From the NCBI GenBank assembly GCA_951406725.2, contig OX597818.1, positions 143,902,001-143,966,000 on the forward strand: a stretch of DNA of 64,000 nucleotides. Direction: 5' to 3'. The number at the start of each line of letters is the position of its first letter. Position 1 is the first letter of the stretch. Below, piece after piece: positions 54,294 to 64,000 of this stretch. Source of the DNA: Octopus vulgaris. Lineage: Eukaryota. A program made the translations under genes and the position numbers. The notes below the pieces were generated by a model. It ran no database searches. It was not told the DNA's origin and saw nothing but the letters and a program-made list of their open reading frames with translations.

Positions 54294-55029
54294 AATAAAA
54301 TAGAACATATGCGTATATATAAACATATATGTACGTACCTACCTCTACATGTACATATACACGCATATATGTGTACAGGACACCAAAAAGACGTCGAACA
54401 CATAGAGAGACGAAAAACATAGACACAAACCAAGGAACAGGACAAGCAAAAAAAGGGATACAAGACAATTAGCACAACGAAAAATCCCCTTCTTCAGTCG
54501 CTAAGGTTTCATCTACTCTACGTTTCGAAGGATAAAAGCGAGACGTATCTTCGAAGAAACTTCCTTCCTGCGAAAAGCAAATCAATTAAAATTCTGAGAT
54601 CTTTTCGCAGAGGGGTAAAAAATGGTAAAAAAAAAAAGCAAGACGGTAACGACAGTACAAACATATAAACAGTACAAAAATATATATAAACAGTGGAAAA
54701 ATAAATATATAACAGTGAGAGACAGGACAAGGAGAACAAGATGAGAAGGGCTGTTTACGCCAGACGAAACAAGTATTGCAAACGCTGGATTATAGTGGAC
54801 GACGAGAGAGCAGGAATGTCGACCAGTGGCCTTAGAAGGCGGGCGAGAAAAGACAGGATAGCAGTTACGACGGAAGTATCGTCGCAGATGGACGACGGGA
54901 ATGGGGGAGGAGGAGCAAGAGGAAGAGAGAGAAGAAGGGGAGGGTTAATTGCAACAAGTTGCTCAAAACCACATACCGAAAATATTTTCTAATATTTTCA
55001 GTATGTGGTTTTGAGCAACTTGTTGCAAT
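54290..55029 (-). mobile_element. Probable Penelope-like fragment ending in a fold-back palindrome (its left part is duplicated at 55850-56090)
   Basis: Minus strand CTGAAGA and CGAAACGT motifs, (TA)n context and a terminal 82-bp hairpin. Confidence 0.45.
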
Positions 55030-55231
55030 AGATGTCAGTGTAACATAAGTTACAGTGTAACATAATAATGGCCACAACTGCTTCAGTACCACATCACTAC
55101 GAATCACAATGTACATAAATAATTATGTATGATATATTGCATAAGTCTTTTATAATTATGCATGGTTGAAAAAGTGTGAAGAAACGTACCTCAGCAGAGA
55201 TTTATGAAACTCGGCTACCAAACGTATTTAA

Positions 55232-55284
<53 letters not shown>

Positions 55285-55542
55285 GTGGTCGTGGTAAAAC
55301 AGCTGGTTGGCTTCCAGTATAGACAAGTCCTTTATAGATAACAAAAGGGAAGACGATAATAAAACAACTTTATTCTTTTAGGCCCTTTTTTTTACATTCC
55401 AGTATATGTGAGTCTACTCTTTTCACCTTTTTTTACCCAAATCTAATAGTCGAGTGTGACTAAAATTTTGCCTAAATATTCACAAAGGTGCATATTTGTG
55501 TGGGTATGGGTGTGAATGTTTGGGTAAACATAAATGTTTAGG

Positions 55543-55593
<51 letters not shown>

Positions 55594-55679
55594 GCATACA
55601 TACATACATATATGTGAGCGTATATACGTGCGTGTATATATATACATATATATATATATGTGTGTGTGGGCATATATGC

Positions 55680-55730
<51 letters not shown>

Positions 55731-55785
55731 AAAGATAAGACTTACTTGGAAATGGATGCATGGCGTTCAATCATATAATAAAAAT

Positions 55786-55855
<70 letters not shown>

Positions 55856-56087
55856 AATAAAATATATGCATATATATAAACATATATGTACGTACCTACC
55901 TCTACATGTACATATACACGCATATATGTGTACAGGACACCAAAAGGACGTCGAACACATAGAGAGACGAAAAACATAGACACAAACCAAGGAACAAGAC
56001 AAGCAAAAAAAGGAGATACAGGACAATAAGCACAACGAAAAATCCCCTTCTTCAGTCGCTAAAGTTTCATCTACTAAACGTTTCGAA

Positions 56088-56122
<35 letters not shown>

Positions 56123-56445
56123 TATATATATATATGTTATTTTTATTATATGATTGAACGCCATGCATCCATTTCCAAGTAAGTCTTATCTTTTGTACAT
56201 ATATATATATATATATATACAAACATATATGTACATACTTACATATACATGTATATGCATACATGGGCACAGGACGTCAAAGAACGTAAACAACATGAAA
56301 TACGAATTCCGAAAACTTAGAATACGAACTTTTTTTGCGAACAACGAAAGAAACATATTGAAAACAAGACAAGCAACGTAAAGAACGACCCTTCATCAGT
56401 CGTCGGCTGTTTTTCTACACAGTATTTCGAGCAAAATTATTTATA

Positions 56446-56487
<42 letters not shown>

Positions 56488-56759
56488 GAGCAAAATGCCC
56501 CCCCCCCCCGTCCAATGGACGGTGCTGAATTATATCTGCTGAATTATATCTGCTGAATAAAAAGCAATCAGTGTTTTCTTTTCATTAAAAAATAATTAAG
56601 CATGTCTTTATTTCAATAAAATTTTGGGTTTTGTTAAACGAAGTTAAGGCAAAGAAAAAGACTTCTTGAGAAACCAAATACTCTTTCCTTCCTTTATACC
56701 AAGTTTGAAGAAAATATCTCCTTTGCATATTACTTTTTAGGTCTCTTAAATATACTGCA

Positions 56760-57300
56760 TTTTGTGGCACTATTTCAAGCCAGCCGGCTTTTTTGCACAA
56801 ACTGCACGTGCATTTTTCTCGCGTACGCGTAGTATCAGCAACAGCTAATGTGCTTGCGCGTACAAATGCACGTTCCTACGGCTTTATCGATCACATTCTC
56901 CCCTGGAATCGATTTTTGTAATTTTTTCAAGACTTATACACGCCCTGATACCGTCGGTATCTACATATCAAATTTGAGCGCAATCGGATGGAGGAATCCC
57001 AAGATCCCAGAAGACACACACACAGACAAACAGAACGGATTTTATATAATATACTAGCAGCTAAGCCCGGTTTCACCCGGTCTGTTTGGATGATGTGACT
57101 GTGATCGTTTTCGGTTAGGCATAATCTATAACAACGTTTCTCAACCTTATCATTTCGGGTCCGTTTCGATTGGAGCCTCCTGATGTATGAACATTTCCTG
57201 ACTCCCCAGCCTTGTCAGCTTCAGGAGTTGTGAAGAAAAAATATGTACGTAGTCTGTTTCTGAGAGCTATTCTATTGGACTTCTGTCTAATCATTAAAAC
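56760..57300 (+). mobile_element. Non-autonomous Helitron/Helentron-like element ends in tandem
   Basis: A 3'-type end (caaatttgagcgcaatcggatg..acagacaaacag..ttttatataatat) abuts a 5'-type start (actagcagctaagcccggtttcacccgg). Confidence 0.45.
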
Positions 57301-57415
57301 ATTGATTTAATTATGAACATAGAAAGAAATTATACGTTAATCCCTATTTTTGTAAGCAGTTGTATCCATGTAAAAATTTTATTTGCAGAGCAAACATTGA
57401 AAGATATATGAAATG

Positions 57416-57504
<89 letters not shown>

Positions 57505-57991
57505 ATATATATTCTTTCATTTTGTTTCAGTCATTTCAATGCGGCCATGCTGGAGCACCGCATTGAGTCAAGCAAATCGACCCAGGATTTATACCATAAG
57601 CTGGACTAAAAGTTCGTCTCCGCTTTGCAAACCCATCAACAACCAATATTCATCTCATTATTGAAACGATTCTCATCCTCATCCGCGCGCTCGCGTGTGT
57701 GTGTGTGTGTGTGTGTGTGTTTAATAATATAAATCCACACAAATATATGATTGAGTGTGTGTGTTTGTGTAAACGCATGAGAGTGTGTGTGTGTGTGTGT
57801 GTGTTTGTGTGCATTTGTTTATAGCTCTCTTAACATGACGTTATCTGCCAAACGATCTACTCGGGCATTCCCCCATCGATCCATCTATTTTCCTAGCTTT
57901 ATCAAAATGACAGTCAAGCAGAAAGTTTATAATAATCTATTCTTTGAAGAAATGAAATGATATAAAAATATATATATATAATGTATGTATG

Positions 57992-58022
<31 letters not shown>

Positions 58023-58402
58023 GAGTGTGTGTATATATATATATGTATGTATGCATATGTATATACATACATGTATATACATATATACACACACATATGC
58101 ATATACACACATACGCAACGCACACACACACACGTAAGTATTGATGCATGCATATATAATATAAAGATATGTCTGAAGACAGAGAGGTATCAATTTTGTT
58201 GAATGTCTTTGCTTTATTGCATCTCAATTTTCTGTTTCATAAAAAATGAGGTCTTGTTTCATCTTTTTGCTTTCGCTCGTAAACCAACTCACACACAGCG
58301 CATTCACATATACACAGACGCTCACACACACATACACACACACACACATAAATTATTTAGTTGGTGTGTATGTAGATATGTATGTGCGTGTACATATATA
58401 TA

Positions 58403-58460
<58 letters not shown>

Positions 58461-58515
58461 TAAATTATTTAGTTGGTGTGTATGTAGATATGTATATGCG
58501 TGTACATATATATAG

Positions 58516-58565
<50 letters not shown>

Positions 58566-59967
58566 TGTGTGCGATGGTTAAATTGTCGCTATTTTATATA
58601 TTTTTAATTTCGCGCATGCGCATTATTTGTTTTTTATTTTGTCGATTACACAGTATAATAGGATCAGTTGGAGATAGGTTAGAATGGTGGAGATAGGTTA
58701 GGACAATTGTCATGATGATGACGCCAATTGAGGCAGAAACACGTCTACCGACTGTCCACTAAGCTCCAGGTAATAAGCCTATCTTCCCCTTCTCATATAG
58801 AGCTGTTTTAAGTTGCCATGTCATAACTGTGACACATCCTCTTGAGGCGAAGATAATTTTAATAAATCAAGAATATATGATAAATAGTATTTGATATGAT
58901 TGATTGATTGATTGATTCTAGTTTCAGCTCACGAGCTGTGGCCATGCTGGGGCACCACTTGCATTTGTCTATGTTGTTCATATACATGCCGCTGGCCACT
59001 TTAAATTGTTTCTCTTTATATATAGAGAGTACCCACCACCACTACCAAATCTTAATAGAAACGCTATAAGCCTCATCCTCGTCATCCAACCTTCTAGAAA
59101 TAGCAGCTGAATTTCCCTCAGATCACACTCTTCCGCCTTGAAAGATTCGTCGCACATTGTCGTCTTTGACATACAAGGAGAAGACTAGAATGTTTTTGAT
59201 TATCGGTCTGTTACATGTTACCCTGGAGTTAGACAACATACACTGTGAAACTTTAAATGGTCGATCGACCCGCCAGAAATAGCCACCAAATTTCCCTTCT
59301 GGCAACTTTAAGGACTCACTGGACAATATATATACACTGATATACAAAGCGACGGGATTGTCATGGCTGTGAAACCTTTGAAAATAGGGGACCGTGAGAT
59401 CGCGATTGACCTAGGATTATGAAATAACAGCATTTGTCCATTGATAACAGCTGTAACGTGATTCTTACAAAAGTTTGATCCGACATCGAATAACCGTTTA
59501 CTTCTTCATCAAAAGTTTCTTTACTCCAAGGAAATAAAAATATATCAGAGAACAGGAACAACTACAATAACAAAAACAAAAACAAAAAAAAAACAAATCA
59601 AGTTCATGGGAAAAAATGCTGTTAGAAGATAATGAAGGTTAAAGGAAAAGTGGGTGTGGATGAAAGATGTGAGGTTAGGGTGGGGCGGTTTCGGTTGAGT
59701 GATGACGTCATGCTAAACAAAACGAATGCTTAGAGAAAGCGGTTTATAATGTCTGACATGCCTTCTTAACAAACCATCAGCTAGACACAGAGAGAGAGAG
59801 AGAGGAGGTGGAGGGTATAGAGAGAAAGTCAAAGAATGAGAAAGAAAGAGAAGTATGAAAGAGTAAGTTGGAAATAGACTGTAAGATTGATAGGGACCGA
59901 CATACAGACAGACAGACTGAGTTGAGAAACGATCAGATTGACAGAAAAGATTTGAGAGGAAAACTAA

Positions 59968-60001
<34 letters not shown>

Positions 60002-60135
60002 GAGAGACAGAGACAGACAGACAAACAGAGACAGATAGACAAAAAGTGAAAGAAGTAATGGAAAGAGGACGAGAAACAAACATAAATTTATGAAGATTGA
60101 ATGGACAAAAACAAATTAAGATAAACATAGTAGAG

Positions 60136-60299
60136 GGAGTGGCTGTGTGGTAAGTAGCTTGTTTACCAACCACATGGTTCCGGGTTCAGTCCCACTGCGT
60201 GGCACCTTGGGCAAGTGTCTTCTGCTATAGCCTCGGGCCGGCCAAAGCCTTGTGAGTGAAATTGGTAGACAGAAACTGAAAGAAGCCCGTCGTATATAA

Positions 60300-60342
<43 letters not shown>

Positions 60343-60545
60343 TGCGTGTGTGTGTTTGTGTGTCTGTGTTTGTCCCCCTAGCATTGCTTGACAACCGATG
60401 CTGGTGTGTTTATGTCCCCGTTACTTAGCGGTTTGGCAAAAGAGACCGATAGAATAAGTACTGGGCTTACAAAAGAATAAGTTGCTTAAAGGCGGTGCTC
60501 CAGCATGGCCGCAGTCAAATGTCTGAAACACGTAAAAGAGAAAAA
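60136..60545 (+). mobile_element. SINE family A copy
   Basis: Colinear with 31474-31900. The target region reads aagtagcttgtttacca. Confidence 0.9.
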
Positions 60546-60908
60546 AGAGAGAGAAAGAGGGATTTTTGTGACCTATTCATCTATGTGCATGATTTCTATT
60601 TTTTGCTCTCCTCTTAAATTTCGTTGATCATCATGAATGGCACCACCACTTGCACAAAACCAGTACCAAATTACCAACATCTCCAAACGACCACTACTTC
60701 TAAGCTACTACCACTTCCAAACTAACTCCACTATTAAACTATCAACACCTCAAAAGCACCACATTTACCACTAATCATTACGGTGGACTGAAGTTTCGCA
60801 GTAATGTAATAAGAGTACCAGATCCATTATTTACTCGGTTACAGATGTGAAAGAGTCACGATACATAGATAGGTGTGGGTTGTAAAACTTCATACAATGA
60901 TGACCAGC

Positions 60909-62070
60909 ATACATACATACGCACATATATACACACACTCACATACATACATACATACATACATACATACATACATACATACATACATACATACATACAT
61001 ACATACATACATACATACATACATACATACATACATACATACATACATACATACATACATACATACATACATACATACATACATACATACATACGTACGT
61101 ACGTACGTACATACATACATACATACATACATACATACATGCATGCATGCATGCATACATGCATGCATACATGCATGCATGCATACATACATACATACAT
61201 ACATACATACATACATACATACATACATACATACATACATACATACATACATACATACATACATACATAGCTTAATATGATCCACATGCTTGGTTATTCC
61301 AGAAACAGTTGTAAAAGACTTTATATCCTCTATCTAAATTAGATGGGGGGGTCGAATGATGTCAAATGTTTTTCTTTTACATTTCTTATTTTAATTTATA
61401 CATACATACATACATACATACATACATACACATATACATACATGCCTACATGCATACATACATACATACATACATACATACATACATACATACATACATA
61501 CATACACATATACATACATGCATACATACATACATACATATATACATACATACATACATACATGCATACAAACATACATACATACATACATACATACATA
61601 CGCACATATATACATACACACATACACACATACATACATACATGCATACATACATACATACATACATACACACATACATACATACATACATACATACATA
61701 CATACATACACACATACATACATGCATGCATACATACATGCATGCATACATACACACATACATACATACATACATACATACAAGCATACATACATACATA
61801 CATACATACATACATACATACATACATACATACATACATACATACATACATACACATACATACATACATACACACACACATACTACATACATACATACAT
61901 ACTTACATACATAATACACACATACATACATAATACATACATACATACATACACATATACATACATGCATACATGCATACATACATACATACATACATAC
62001 ATACATACATACACATATACATACATGCATACATGCATACATACATGCATAGATACATACATACCTACAT
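60909..62070. repeat. Two (TACA)n arrays (60909-61269 and 61398-62070)
   Basis: Directly visible. Confidence 0.95.
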
Positions 62071-63735
62071 AAGGGAGTCTGAATGATATCTCACTGGTTC
62101 ACAAGGAAACAGAAATACCAAAATCACACACTGTTTCTTTGTGGATGACTTAAAACTTTTTGCAAAGAATATGCCCGAGATGAGAAAGACCCTTGACCTA
62201 GTTACAACATTCTCAAAGGATGTAGAGTTGGAGTTTGGTCAGGATAAATGTTGTTATATGGGTGTAGAAAGGGGGAAAACTGTAAACAAGACTAGTAACA
62301 TCTCCCTCAATGATTTGACTGTTTCCTCTTTATCTGACGAGGAATGTTACTGATATTTAGGGGTGGATGAAAATATATCTTACAATGGCACCTGTAACAA
62401 AACACGTGTCACTAAAGAATATTACGGCCGAATAAAGAAAATTTACACTTCAGAACTCTCTACATTCAATAAAACAGTGGCCCACAATGTGTTTTCAGTG
62501 TCAGTACTCATACCAACATTTGGCCTGCTTGATTGAACGCTTGATGAGATCCGTGCCACTGATGTGGAGACCCGAAAAATACTAACAAGCACGCATGATT
62601 TCCACATAAACAGTGAAATAGACCGCCTCTACCTAAAACGAAAACATCTAAAACGGTAACATCTTTTAACCACCAGGTGTTGAAGTGTATCCCTTGACCG
62701 AGTTTGCATACATGAAACTGATAACGTCATAAGACTTGGAAGGCAGCTCCTTGAGCAGCACTCTTTGTTTGATAACCTAGAACACATACCCAAAATAATC
62801 ACACGACTCTACTACAACGTTTCATCAGATGAAAGGATGAGCCTATATGAGCAGAAGGCTATGCATGGATATGTCAGTAGAAAGCTCTGTGATGATAGTA
62901 ACATCGATAATTAAAGCAGTTTATCATGGACCAATAGCCGGATTACTACCTCCTACTTTGAAGGGTATGCGTATGCAACCCAGGAACAGGAAATATCCAC
63001 CAAGTACCTGATACACAAAAGAGACAGAGATGCAGGAAAATCCGTAAAATGTGACTACCGATACAGACTTTGTGGAGTTCCACACTAAAGATATCACCCA
63101 CATCATAAGCAGTTGTCTGAAAATGTCATCACGGTATTATCTACCGATGAGACATGACGTTGTAGCTAGGACACCCTATAATGAAATCCGTCGGAAAGAT
63201 AACCCCGAGGACAAAGAAATAAGAACTCACAATATGGTAGAAGCCATAGCCATTCATAATAAAAAGGAATACTGGTATGTATGTATGTATGTATTGAGGA
63301 CCTCAATAAAATGTAAGCACAACAGACCTGATATAATGATTTGGGATAGAGAAGAGAAACTGTGCAGAGTTGTGGAAATTAGCTGCCCAGAGGATGTTAA
63401 CATAAAGCTGAAGATCAGTGAAAAAGAGAACACATATACTGAACTATTGAGCAATCTACAGTTACTCTATCCAGATTACAAGTTCAGGTTTATGCCTGTA
63501 ATTATTGGGGCCCTGGGATATGTAACACACTACCTAAATAGCAATCTTGAGAAATTAGGCTTCTCAAAACCAGAACAAAGAAACTTAATTTGAAGACTAC
63601 AGATTCAATCCATCACTGGAACTGTAAAAATTTGTAAAACTTTCCAGAAGTTTATCATTTGAATATATATGAGCCTGTCTAGATATGCAACTGTATGCAT
63701 GAGAATACCTACTTAAAACATACAAATCTGCACAT
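62071..63735 (+). mobile_element. Decayed RLE-type non-LTR retrotransposon (R4/Dong-like), 5'-truncated
   Basis: FVDDLKLFA (RT), YLG, A.QEQ.I.T, CCHC relic with HIISSC, RHDVVA, and the endonuclease motif HNRPDIMIWD..VVEISCP..PVIIGALG. Many stops. Confidence 0.85.
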
Positions 63736-63925
63736 GCATACATACATACATACATACATACATACATACATACATACATACATACATACATACATACATA
63801 CATACATTCATACATACATACATACATACATACATACATACATGCATGCATGCATACATACATATACATACATACATACATACATACATACATACATACA
63901 TACATACATACATACATTCATTCAT
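63736..63925. repeat. (TACA)n array after the R4-like element
   Basis: Directly visible. Confidence 0.95.
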
Positions 63926-64000
63926 TATTTTTGGCACTGATACCATTATCGTTCCTACTGCAGAAAACATATGGTTACATGCTGGGGTCTTCAACTGCCA

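Overview
This is AT-rich, microsatellite-dense eukaryotic DNA made almost entirely of transposable elements. The SINE families and the (TACA)n/(TA)n load resemble an octopus or other coleoid cephalopod genome, which is my inference. I could not support any host protein-coding gene; nearly all ORF-track entries are microsatellite translations. Recognisable elements are several decayed Tc1/mariner elements, a hAT-type element, a near-intact 5'-truncated RTE LINE with target-site duplication (TSD), a Gypsy pol relic, an R4/Dong-like RLE LINE relic, Penelope-like relics with hammerhead cores, and three tRNA-derived SINE families. The standout is 24089-28745. There, one SINE is split between its A and B boxes by two tandem, diverged ~2 kb elements inserted at the same target. 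The target motif AAGTAGCTTGCTAAC occurs three times, at the start, between the two elements, and at the end. Each element encodes only an intact L1/Tx1-type ORF1 protein (RRM-like region plus CCHC knuckle) with no RT. The two share a structured 3' tail, a putative 5'UTR intron and 5' promoter-like motifs. This looks like a SINE-targeting, ORF1-only (HAL1-like) non-autonomous retrotransposon family.
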